A stretch of DNA of 64,000 nucleotides. Source: Eledone cirrhosa. Its lineage: Eukaryota. The stretch is from contig OZ024750.1 in NCBI GenBank assembly GCA_964016885.1, positions 35,154,001-35,218,000 of the forward strand, read 5' to 3'. Position 1 is the stretch's first letter, and each line of letters begins with the position of its first letter. The translations under genes were made by a program, and so were the position numbers. This document shows positions 1-11,150 of the stretch, piece after piece. Below the pieces are notes generated by a model. It saw only the letters and a program-made list of their open reading frames with translations. It made no database searches and had not been told where the DNA came from.

Positions 1-278
1 AGATGGAATATACTGTCAGAGATAGTGTAGTATCAGCTACTGTTAATGACAATCCATGTTTAGCAATGGGTGTGATATGAGTAGCATGCCATTTATATTG
101 ATATAGGCTACAATATGGTGGGTGGGGGTCTTGGCTCAATTCTTGTTTAGCAATGGGTGAGATAACTAGCCTTCCGACATAGGCAATGGTAGGGAGATGT
201 TGGCCCCATTGGGTTTTGAGAGGTTTTGATCCTTCTTAGGAGGCTATTCTATTTTTCATTTTCTTTTTGGAAATTTCA

Positions 279-317
<39 letters not shown>

Positions 318-685
318 TGGCGGACTGGGTCTAAAAATATTGGTTGCCAGGAAATAAAGGGGGCCCACCGACATATAGAATGTTATCATTTAATTTTCAT
401 AATGAACAAGTAACATTTTTTTAAAAATACATAAGTGAAAACAAAACAGACAATCAAATTTTTGCAGAAAAAAACGTGTATTTTTTACTAATTATAGTGT
501 ATATATACTTTACATATTACTGGCAGTATACAGTAACACTAAATATTAATACAGAATGTTATAATTGAATTTTTAAATAATTGTGAATGTATAGTATACT
601 GTTATTTAGAGTAGAGTGTGCAAGTGACCGTTCTTACCTTCGTCAATAAAATATATATAAAGAACCTTGTGAAATATTCACATGC

Positions 686-907
686 AGAGACTTTCAATAA
701 TTGTTTCTTCTTTTGGCACAAGGCCAGCAAATTATTCCAGTGTATTGCTGGTACTTTATTTTATCGACCCCGTAAGGATGAAAGGCAAAGTTAACCTCGG
801 CAGGATTTGAACTCAGACCATAAAGGGCCGTAACTCTTTGCTGCAAAGCATGGCGTCCAACCCTCTACTGATACTGCCAATCCACAGCCATAGAGACTTT
901 CAATAAT
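686..907 (-). mobile_element. SINE family 1 (tRNA-like head, MetaSINE-like central domain), full copy
   Basis: Minus strand reads ggctgtggattggcagtatcagtagag...gagttcaaatcctgccgaggttaactttgcctttcatccttacggggtcgataaaataaagtaccag...gaaacaatt. It has a 16-bp TSD agagactttcaataat (686-701/892-907). Further copies at ~7428-7618(-), 8370-8548(-), 8580-8752(+), 27945-28125(-), 29120-29300(+), 29322-29510(+), 29623-29815(-), 31290-31455(+), 37698-37892(+), 41210-41402(+), 41417-41630(+), 50840-50960(+), 56870-56990(+), 60243-60356(-), 60417-60598(+), 62695-62803(+). Confidence 0.9.
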
Positions 908-1129
908 AACTTTTGGACTTTCACATTCACTCAATATAATAAAAATTATTGTGTACAGTGCTCAGGTGCACTACAACTTATCAAAGGTGCATGTATAGTA
1001 CATAGAAACATGATATTATTTAGAGTAACAATTATAATAATGACAACTATAATGACGGCAATATTTAAAAAAAAAAGGGAAACAAAAGGAAAGAGAGAAT
1101 AGGGAAATTTAGATAAGAAAAAGAACAGA

Positions 1130-1530
1130 AAGGGAAGAGGATGGCAAGAACTCTTGTGTCGAGGGGTGCTGGCTCCAGTTGTGATGGAAACCAGCTGTGT
1201 CTAGGCTTCTTCTCAATATGTTGTTGAGAGCGGCATGTCGGGGAGGAACCGGCCAGTGCTCTGCCGCCAGGGTGCAGGGTGAACTTGTCAACAACCGCCC
1301 TGCGGAGGCCAAGGCATTGGGATACTCCGATGTGAGTGCACTCATCATCAAGTAGGGTACCGGTTGACGATGAGTGCACTCACATCGGAGTATCCCAACG
1401 CATCATCAAGTAGGGTACCGGTTGATGAGGAGGGCACCAAATTGAGCCACATGCCGCTGTTGGGCTGAGAAGTGGAGCGGATGCAGGTGAGGCAGTGTTG
1501 GTCCAAGCCAGACTCGATCCACTGGGAGTG
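1130..1530 (-). pseudogene. Fragment of an RLE-type (CRE-like) non-LTR retrotransposon ORF, zinc-knuckle region, frameshifted
   Basis: GC-rich island. Minus-strand frames give SQPNSGMWLNLVPSSSTGTLLDD..IGVSQCLGL and RHAALNNILRRSLDTAGF/PSQLEP, motifs typical of the region upstream of the PD-(D/E)xK endonuclease. Confidence 0.7.
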
Positions 1531-1720
1531 TGTGTATGTGTGTACAACATGTGTATATATAGATTTGTATATATATGTATACATACATGCTTTCAACTTG
1601 TACAAAAATTATTTGTCGCAACACTGATTCTCTTTTTTCTGTGATATCATACTCTGCTCTATGAGAGCATCGAGTGCTCATACGGCCTACCGCATATGGA
1701 CGCTTTAAGCATCCAACACC

Positions 1721-1768
<48 letters not shown>

Positions 1769-1939
1769 AAAATAATAAATTTGAAGACTAAAATCCAAAG
1801 AGAGCTCGATAAGGATAAATATATATCAAATATATAAGAACCATAGAGCAAATTTAATTATTGTTGATTTCAATAACCTCTGTAATTTATTTACATTATT
1901 CTTAACTCTTAAGACGAGAATCATTCGGTTTCCTAAATA

Positions 1940-2364
1940 GAATTTTAGTGTACGACTTCAGTTATACCATAATCGTGGTTTTGTCTTTGCGTGTAATTGT
2001 TCTCATCGCTCCACATTATGACGTATTATCTTCGTTTTTTCCGTTCATTGCCAGGGAACGTCTCCACGAACCACCTAATCGAATATTAGTCTATGACTTC
2101 ATTTATACCATAAACGTGGTTTTGTCTTTGCGTTTAATTGTTTTCACCGCTCCAAATAATCACGTACTATCTTCGTTTTTTTTCCGTTCTTGCCAGGGAA
2201 CGTTTCCACGAACCAAAGTATCGTCTTCCTGTCTTCCTCCGGTTGCAAGGTTTTTTGAAATATTCACTTCTGCGTTCACAGATTGATTTTTTTAGTTTCA
2301 GAAGATCCCGTTTAGGGTGAAAGCAGCGATTCTTTGCTTAAACTTTAATCTGTTATTTTAATAA

Positions 2365-2370
<6 letters not shown>
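1940..2370 (+). mobile_element. Non-coding element ending at (TA)n, with a ~140-bp internal tandem duplication and a 3' hammerhead (family A)
   Basis: Two diverged copies of ...gtggttttgtctttgcgt...gccagggaacgt(c/t)tccacgaacca. The 3' ~170 bp recurs inverted at ~50135-50300. Confidence 0.7.
2279..2352 (+). ncRNA. Type I hammerhead ribozyme motif, family A (U4A core variant)
   Basis: Stem I AGUUU/AAACU, extended by CAGAUUGA/UUAAUCUG; core CAGAAGA (2299-2305); stem II CCC/GGG; GAAA; stem III AGCA/UGCU; cleavage triplet CUU. Confidence 0.6.
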
Positions 2371-2399
<29 letters not shown>

Positions 2400-2404
2400 T
2401 GATC

Positions 2405-2697
2405 GTACCATACCATGTCATACCATACCATATATCATATCATATCATATCATGCCATACCATACCATACCATACCATATCATATCATACCATATCATAT
2501 ATCATATCATACCATACCACACCACATCATACCATGTCATACCATACCATATATCATATCATATCATACCATCCCACACCATACCATACCATGTCATACC
2601 ATACCATATATCATATCATATCATACCATACCACACCATACCATATCATATCATACCATACCATATATCATATCATACCACACCACACCATACCATG

Positions 2698-2700
<3 letters not shown>
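2405..2700. repeat. Pentanucleotide microsatellite (CCATA/TCATA)n
   Basis: Direct inspection. Confidence 0.95.
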
Positions 2701-2734
<34 letters not shown>

Positions 2735-2738
<4 letters not shown>

Positions 2739-2890
2739 AACCAGTAAGACCCCGACGGCTGAGCTCAAGCCGTTTCGACGGCTAATTCTGGACCGTCGGG
2801 GTCTTACTGGTTCCTATTACCCACTCTACTACCCTAAGTATTGAGTACTTTGGTGCGTTATGGTCCACCTGGTTCCTTACCACATTTCCT
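2735..2890. mobile_element. (TA)n-flanked short element with a GC-rich branched terminal hairpin
   Basis: 24-bp perfect inverted repeat taggaaccagtaagaccccgacgg/ccgtcggggtcttactggttccta, followed by attacccactctactaccctaagta... Relatives at 25670-25825, 51215-51300 (inverted) and, more distantly, 3005-3165. Confidence 0.7.
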
Positions 2891-3189
2891 TCGTTATATA
2901 TATATATATATTAGTGATCGAACTTGAGCAAGGCTTTTCACCATTTGTATATTCTCATTCTTGTAGAAATCGCTGTAAGATAAATTTAGAAAAAACATAT
3001 ATATATAGTTAAAAGTTAATGCTCGATGGCTGAGCTCATGCCTTTGCAACAGCGTGTGGTCCGCTGTCAGGCACTGACTTTTAACTACACATACACTTTA
3101 CTTTCCCAAGTATCGAGACCCTAGTTGAATATGATCTTAGGATTCTAACTGGCAACTCCCTATCAATCTATCTATTTGTCTGTCTCTCT

Positions 3190-3975
3190 ATCTATCTATG
3201 TGTGTGTGTGTGTCTGTCTCTGTGTGTGTATCTATCTGTTTGTGTGTCTATATCTATCTGTGTGTGTGTCTGAGCCTGTCTGTGTGTGTGTGTGTCAGTG
3301 TGTGTGTGTGCGTGCGTGTGTCTGAGTCTGTGTGTCTGTGTGTGTGTGTATGCTTGTGTGTGTCTGTGTGTGTGTGTTTGTCTGTGTGTCTGTCTGTGTG
3401 TATGTCTGTGTGTGTGTCTGAGCATGTGCGTGTGTCTGTGTGTATGTGTGTGTGTCTGTGTGTGCGTGTCTCTGAGTCTGTGTGTGTGTGTGTGTGTGTG
3501 TATGTGTGTGTGTCTGTCTGTGTGTGTGTGTATCTGTCTGTGTGTGTGTTTGAGTGTGTGCCAGTCTGCGTGTGTGTGTGTGTGTCTGTGTGTCTGAGTC
3601 TGTGTGTCTGTGTGTGTGTATGCGTGTGTGTGTCTGTGTGTGTGTGTGTGTGTCTGTGTCTGTCTGTGTGTATGTCTGTGTGTGTGTGTGTCTGTGCGTG
3701 TGTCTGTGTGTGTGTCTGTGTGTGTGTCTGTGTGTGCGTGTGTCTGAGTCTGTGTGTCTGTGTGTGTGTCTGAGTGTGTGTCTATCTGTCTGTGTGTGTC
3801 TGAGTGTGTGTCTGAGTGTGTGTATGTCTGTGTGTGTGTCTGAGTGTGTGTCTGTGTGTGTCTGTGTGTGTGTCTGTGTGTGTCTGTGTGTGTGCCTGTG
3901 CGTGTGTCTGAGTCTGTCTGTGTGTGTGTGTGTGCGTGTCTGTCTCTGTGTGTGTCTGTGTGTGTGTGTGTGTAT
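3190..3975. repeat. Compound (TG)n/(TGTC)n microsatellite
   Basis: Direct inspection. Confidence 0.95.
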
Positions 3976-4094
3976 GTAAAATGATTTTCTGCACAGTTTC
4001 CATCTCACAAGTAAAACCACTTTCCTCACATGTCATGTAGTGAAATCAATCCCAGTTCCATGGAATGAACTACAATGAACTACAATATAATATA

Positions 4095-6457
4095 TTATAG
4101 TACATCATAGTAAATTGCTGTACCCTGTAATACAATGTATTATATTGTACTACAGTATAGTACATCATAGTAAATTGCTGTACTCTGTAATACAATGTAT
4201 TATATTGTACTACAGTATAGTGCATCATAGTAAATTGCTGTACCCTGTAATACAATGTATTATATTGTACTACAGTATAGTACATCATAGTAAATTGCTG
4301 TACTCTGTAATACAATGTATTATATTGTACTACAGTATAGTACATCATAGTAAATTGCTGTACCCTGTAATACAATGTATTATATTGTACTACAGTATAG
4401 TATATCATAGTAAATTGCTGTACTTTGTAATACAATGTATTATATTGTACTACAGTATAGTATATCATAGTAAATTGCTGTACTTTGTAATACAATGTAT
4501 TATATTGTACTACAGTATAGTACATTATAGTAAATTGCTGTACCCTGTAATACAATGTATTATATTGTACTACAGTATAGTACATCATAGTAAATTGCTG
4601 TACTTTGTAATACAATGTATTATATTGTACTACAGTATAGTACATCATAGTAAATTGCTGTACCCTGTAATACAATGTATTATATTGTACTACAGTATAG
4701 TATATCATAGTAAATTGCTGTACTTTGTAATACAATGTATTATATTGTACTACAGTATAGTATATCATAGTAAATTGCTGTACTTTGTAATACAATGTAT
4801 TATATTGTACTACAGTATAGTACATCATAGTAAATTGCTGTACCCTGTAATACAATGTATTATATTGTACTACAGTATAGTACATCATAGTAAATTGCTG
4901 TACTTTGTAATACAATGTATTATATTGTACTACAGTATAGTACATCATAGTAAATTGCTGTACCCTGTAATACAATGTATTATATTGTACTACAGTATAG
5001 TACATCATAGTAAATTGTTGTACCCTGTAATACAATGTATTATATTGTACTACAGTATAGTACGTCATAGTAAATTGCTGTACTTTGTAATACAATGTAT
5101 TATATTGTACTACAGTATAGTACATCATAGTAAATTGCTGTACTTTGTAATACAATGTATTATATTGTACTACAGTATAGTACATCATAGTAAATTGCTG
5201 TACTCTGTAATACAATATATTATATTGTACTACAGTATAGTATATCGTAGTAAATTGCTGTACCCTGTAATACAATGTATTATATTGTACTACAGTATAG
5301 TACATCATAGTAAATTGCTGTACCCTGTAATACAATGTATTATATTGTACTACAGTATAGTACATCATAGTAAATTGCTGTACCCTGTAATACAATGTAT
5401 TATATTGTACTACAGTATAGTATATTGTAGTAAATTGCTGTACCCTGTAATACAATGTATTATATTGTACTACAGTATAGTACATCATAGTAAATTGCTG
5501 TACCCTGTAATACAATGTATTATATTGTACTACAGTATAGTATATTGTAGTAAATTGCTGTACTCTGTAATACAATGTATTATATTGTACTACAGTATAG
5601 TATATTGTAGTAAATTGCTGTACTCTGTAATACAATGTATTATATTGTACTACAGTATAGTATATTGTAGTAAATTGCTGTACTCTGTAATACAATGTAT
5701 TATATTGTGCTACAGTATTGTACATCATAGTAAATTTCTGTACTCTGTAATACAATGTATTATATTGTACTACAGTATAGTATATTGTAGTAAATTGCTG
5801 TACTCTGTAATACAATGTATTATATTGTACTACAGTATAGTACATCATAGTAAATTGCTGTACCCTGTAATACAATGTATTATATTGTACTACAGTATAG
5901 TATATTGTAGTAAATTGCTGTACTCTGTAATACAATGTATTATATTGTACTACAGTATAGTATATTGTAGTAAATTGCTGTACTCTGTAATACAATGTAT
6001 TATATTGTGCTACAGTATAGTACATCATAGTAAATTGCTGTACCCTGTAATACAATGTATTATATTGTACTACAGTATAGTATATTGTAGTAAATTGCTG
6101 TACTCTGTAATACAATGTATTATATTGTGCTACAGTATAGTACATCATAGTAAATTTCTGTACTCTGTAATACAATGTATTATATTGTACTACAGTATAG
6201 TATATTGTAGTAAATTACTGTACTCTGTAATACAATGTATTATATTGTACTACAGTATAGTACATCATAGTAAATTGCTGTACTCTGTAATACAATATAT
6301 TATATTGTACTACAGTATAGTATATTGTAGTAAATTGCTGTACCTTGTAATACAATGTATTATATTATACTACAGTATAGTGTGTAGTGATACATCATAG
6401 TAAATTGCTGTACTTTGTAATACAATGTATTATATTATTCTACAGTATAGTATATTG
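4095..6457. repeat. Tandem satellite, 60-bp unit, ~39 copies
   Basis: Unit tatattgtactacagtatagtacatcatagtaaattgctgtaccctgtaatacaatgtat repeats in exact register with the 60-nt lines. Confidence 0.98.
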
Positions 6458-7671
6458 ATAAATATGTTATGAAAATAATAATATTTATTTAGATACATAG
6501 GTAGATAAAGAATTTTTAGTCAAACATACAGAATAAGAAAACAACATTTTCTAAAGAAATGTACAGAAGATCTTTTTTCATCATTAAAAACACAAAACAA
6601 ACTGTTATATTCATTTTGTGTGTACGTCTTCTTGTTGACATTTTCATTGTACTTGGGTAACCATGTCATTGACACAGTTTCTTTTTTATGGAATTATGCC
6701 AACGACCTCATCATTACAAAATGTTGACATCTCAGGAAATAAATGGGGAATAGTTATATCAGGTTTTTGTCTGTTTTTGATGGCTAAAATAGCTTTTTTT
6801 ATTAGATAATTGCTTCAGTTTCAATACAGGATTTTAGATCAATGCAATTTTCAATCAATTACAACAACAAAATTATATAAGATAAAGAAAAAGTAAAAGA
6901 AAAAAAACAGAGAGAGCCTCATGGGTGACTTGAAATATATACTTGTATGGTAATTAGTTAAGCTCTGTATTGATAATTACAAATATTTCAACCAGTTGAA
7001 TAAATGTTATGCCATGAGGCATAAAATTTATTCCACTGTTTGAATTCATTTGTCCAATCATTTGTTGATGCAGAACATTAGTTTCTTGCTTGGTTTAATA
7101 TATTAATTATTGTCTAGAGCTGTCATTGGTCATTTATCCCTCGCATTACCATATTTCTAATGAAAGACACTATTAATGATGTTCAAATAAATTTGAATAT
7201 TATCAAGAATTTGGAGGAATTTACTAACATAACTATTTGACTAACTTTCTCATTATTGAGTTACTGTTTGGAATATATCTTTTCTTGAAGCTAGTCTAAG
7301 TAGGAAGTGAATGATATTTGGTAGTTCAACACAGGTTTCTTTCTACAAAGGAGAATGGCAAGCAGAATTACATTTTTGAATCTGTAACATGCAATTGATA
7401 GCTCCAAACTTATTGAGATAAAATAATAATTATTTCTACTTTTGGCACAAGGCCAGCAATTACCCAGTGTATTACTAGTACTTTATTTCATCGATCCCGT
7501 AAGGATGAAAGGCAAAGTTAACCTCGACAGGATTTGAACTCAGACCATAAAGGGTTGTAACTCTTTGCTGCAAAGCATGGCGTCCGACACTCTACCGATA
7601 CTGCCAATCCACCGCCCTCAGATAAAATAATAATGAAAATGATTGTGTACAGTGCTCAGGTGCACTACAAC

Positions 7672-7898
7672 TTAACCCTTTAGCATTTACATTATTGAAA
7701 AATACAATAGAAAATATAGAGTAAACTCTTTATTTCACATAATTATCTTGCATAATATCGAATCTACGAGATTTTGATATTATTTATGTTAAGAATAATA
7801 CCTTAACATAAGTATGAGCAGCTGGTTATGGTCAGTCTGAACAGAAAGAGGTAAGAGAATTCTGGCTAGATACAGCCGGTTTAAATGGTAAAGGGTTA
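7672..7898. mobile_element. piggyBac-type MITE (TTAA target, CCCTTTA termini)
   Basis: ttaaCCCTTTAgcatttac ... aaatggTAAAGGGttaa. Same family at 10218-10420, 28143-28660, 36607-36832 and partially at 58612-58896. Confidence 0.8.
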
Positions 7899-8944
7899 AG
7901 AAGGTTCCAGAACATTAGCATGAGGAGTATGAAGCTTGGTGCAATTATAGTAATAACTGATGGAAGATGGATATACTTTAGGGCTGTATGCCCTTCCTAC
8001 AACCAAATACTTTACAGAGTGCAATGAAATTATGCTGAATGAAAGCATCACAATAAAATCAAGCCTGGTAGGAAAAAATCTGATTTTATATTTAGGGGAC
8101 CTCTTAGTAGGGGACATCACAAGTAGCTTCAACAGTTTAAAAAAAAGGCACTCAATACATGTGTGAAAGTGACGTCTGAATGAGTATCCTCCACTACCAA
8201 CTAACTTTCCTTCTGCCTCTGGGTCCCAGCGGACAGGATGGAGAATGCATTGCCCCAGAGGACTGCAAAGGAGATGCGCTGAAACAGCCACTCTACCTCA
8301 CAGGGCTCGCTCACACCTGTGGGTTACCAACTCCACCCCAATAGCAAAAGTTCTTACATATAATTATTTAATTGTTTCTACTTTAGGCACAAGGCCAGCA
8401 ATTACTCAGTGCATTACTGGTACTTTATTTTATCGACCCCGTAAGGATGAAAGGCAAAGTCAACCTCGGCGGGATTTGAACTTAGATCGTAAAGGGACGT
8501 AACTATGCTGGAAAGCATGGCGTCCAACCCTCTACCGATACTGCCAAATTATGGCAGGGAATTATTATTAGATAAATTTGGTGGATTGGCAGTATCAGTA
8601 GAGCACCAGACACCATGCTTTGCAGCATAGAGTTACGGCCCTTTGCGTTCTGAGTTCAAATTTCGCTGAGGTTAACTTTGCCTTTCATCCTTACAGGGTT
8701 GATAAAATAAGGCACCAGTAATGCACTGGGATAATCGCTGGCCTTGTGCCAGAACGTAAAGGGTCATAACTCTATGCTGCAAATCATGGTGTCTGACTTT
8801 CTACCAATACTGCCAATACTGCCGACCTGTTATTACATAATTATGGCTACATCTCAGTTTTGAGAATTATCATATCTTGAACTTTTTCTTACACATAGGT
8901 GACATGAGGTTTTAACTTTACCAATGACTTTCTTTTCTGCATAT

Positions 8945-9335
8945 TCATCAGTGAAAGGACTACAAAGCTACAAAGGACTAGACAGCTAGAGAATGACTCC
9001 CCTCTTATTGACATGGGAATCCCGCCCCCCCTTCTGAAGCCCTCCATCCTGGCTCAGAAGCACCATGGGTCTAGTGGAAGACACTCAACCGCCTGCGAAC
9101 AGGAATGGGGCGATCAAAAGCTGCTATGGCCAGATGAGGCTACAAGACCAGGGCTCAACCATCTGCGAATGCGGAGAGGAGGACCATACGATGCAGCCCT
9201 ACCTTGTTTGCCCTCTACTACCCAACCAGTGCAGCTTAAAAGATCTCGCAGAATTTAATAATAATGCAAAGGACTATGTAAAGAAATGGGAAACTGTCAT
9301 ATACCCACATGCTTCGAAGATACGAAAAGAAGAAG
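8945..9335 (+). pseudogene. 3' end of an Ingi/Vingi-like LINE (C-terminal zinc knuckle)
   Basis: Frames give WKTLNRLRTGMGRSK and CECGEEDHTMQPYLVCP, ending in a short gaa tail. Confidence 0.6.
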
Positions 9336-9649
9336 TGAAAGGAAAAAGGCCATGCTAACACAACACATGTGAAAGTCATTTAGATCAAGTGATGTTGATG
9401 CTTGAAGTTTTTTTAAGTGAAGAAAGGCCTTGCACTGGACCAATCTCACTCTCTGAACATTGGTGACAGTAGGTCAGAAAATGTTCCTTGTATATTGTGA
9501 AGTATAAACATCATTGACATTTGAAATGTCTTTAATATTAGAGAATTTTGCCTTTTCTATACACCTTGTATATACATGTTGATTTTACTTCTGACTTTGT
9601 ATCACCAGGGAAAAATAGTAACTCAAGTAAACATGAAAGAACAGCCGAA

Positions 9650-10085
9650 CTCCCACTCTCATCGCCTCCATCTCTCTTGCCCTCCCCATCTCTCCGTATA
9701 GTGAGCAAATGGGGTCCCACTTGCTGGCCTCCCCACAGCACATCTCCCTCACACTATGCCTGAAGCATAGTGTGAGGGAGATGTGCTGGAAGAGCCATCC
9801 CAACTCGTGAGGCTCACACCTGCAGCTGGCCAGCTCAGCGCCTACGGTGGTGAGTAAGGAGGTAGCCCTAGGACCAAGGACACCAGAAGTCTCCACTGCC
9901 AAAGGTACAACCACAAACCTGTCGGAGAGCTACCAGTACTTGGAGAGTTTGGCCTTCTCAGCCCGACGTGCAGCAGAACCTGGGTTAGTCGCAGACTGCA
10001 CCAGGTTGTGGCTGGAGAAAGGGTCACTGCAAGTGGCATCCCAGACGATGGGTTTGTGGAACAGGAAGATGGTCATGGTAACAAT
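9650..10085 (-). pseudogene. Restriction-like endonuclease fragment of a CRE-like non-LTR retrotransposon
   Basis: KPIVWDATCSD..SATNPGSAARRAEKAKLSKY*..FVVVPLAVETSGVLGP..WLFQHISL. This is the typical RLE signature with an in-frame stop. Confidence 0.8.
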
Positions 10086-10656
10086 TATCTCTAAAGAAGA
10101 ACAGGTCAGCACTATTGGCTGCCATCGAGTCACAAGTTTAACATCAGAGGTTTCTTTCTCTTTGAATGATGTCCTAATAACAACTAGGGAGATAGATAAA
10201 TATAAATATACACACCTTAACCCTTTAGCATTTAAACTGGCCAGAATTCTCTCACTTCTTTCTGTTCAAACCAGCCATAAGCTGTTGTTCATACTTATGT
10301 TAAAATATTGTTCTGAAAATAAATATAAAAATCTTGTAGATTCGATATTATGTGAAATAAAGTGTTTACCATGGAAATACAAATAATAAATATAGAGTAA
10401 TGTAAAGGCTAAAGGGTTAAAACAAGCAGTTTTGTATCATAGAACTAGGGCAGGGATGGGGGCAAACAGTTTGGTATGAAAAGGGTTAAAGTATGAAAGC
10501 AACACAATGAAAGGAAGCAACACTTAAGAACCCCTTATACTGGTCTTTTGATATGTTTAACTAAAGTTATTGTTATATTGGCTTGAGATTTTCTAGTTTT
10601 CGTTTTCAAACAGACCAAAATAGGATTGAACAATCTACATAACCACATAACTATTG

Positions 10657-11150
10657 TTCTTCTTCTTCTTCTTCTTCTTCTTCTTCTTCTTCTTCTTCTT
10701 CTTCTTCTTCTTCTTCTTCTTCTCCTTCTCCTCCTCCTCCTCCTCTTTTTCTTGAGAGGGTCACAGGAGGGCAGTGACCTCAAGACTCCTTCCAGCAGGT
10801 CCTGTCAGAAGCAACCATCACCGGTTGATCCAGATGGATCCCCAAGCGACACCAGCTAAGCTCATGGATGTTACCCAACCATCTTGCTCAGGGTCTGCCC
10901 CTGGGTCTCCTGCCGTATAGTCTTGCCTGTAAAAGCTGTCCTGAGACATTCTAACCACATGCCCATAGTATCGGAGCTGTGATCTCTCAATTTGGAGATG
11001 TAGTGGCTCTACCTGGAGTGACTCTGTGATCTCTAAGATACACACTCTAACAAGTAGCATTACTTCAAAGACCCTTTAAAGGAACCCCACTTCAACCAAT
11101 TGTATCTGGGATCATATTTTTTTCTTCATTACCCAAGATTCATGACTGTA
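10657..11150 (-). mobile_element. RTE-clade LINE 3' fragment with (GAA)n tail
   Basis: Minus-strand ORF IERSQLRYYGHVVRMSQ. The tail appears as (CTT)n on the + strand. Same family at 34760-34957 (+). Confidence 0.8.

Noticed and set aside
315-370. cagtggcggactgg, a possible DNA transposon terminus
   Set aside because: No matching opposite end or TSD found in the window.
2399-4036. His/Tyr/Ile-rich and Cys/Val-rich ORFs (also the YIYI ORFs at 25.7k, 45.4k, 49.7k, 51.6k, 57.5k and 59.5k)
   Set aside because: Microsatellite translations.
4070-6400. 701-aa and 761-aa ORFs
   Set aside because: Translations of a 60-bp satellite on both strands, with no non-repetitive coding context.
1130-10085. 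Two CRE-like fragments as one split element
   Set aside because: On the minus strand the RLE piece precedes the zinc-knuckle piece, the reverse of the native order, so independent insertions are more likely.
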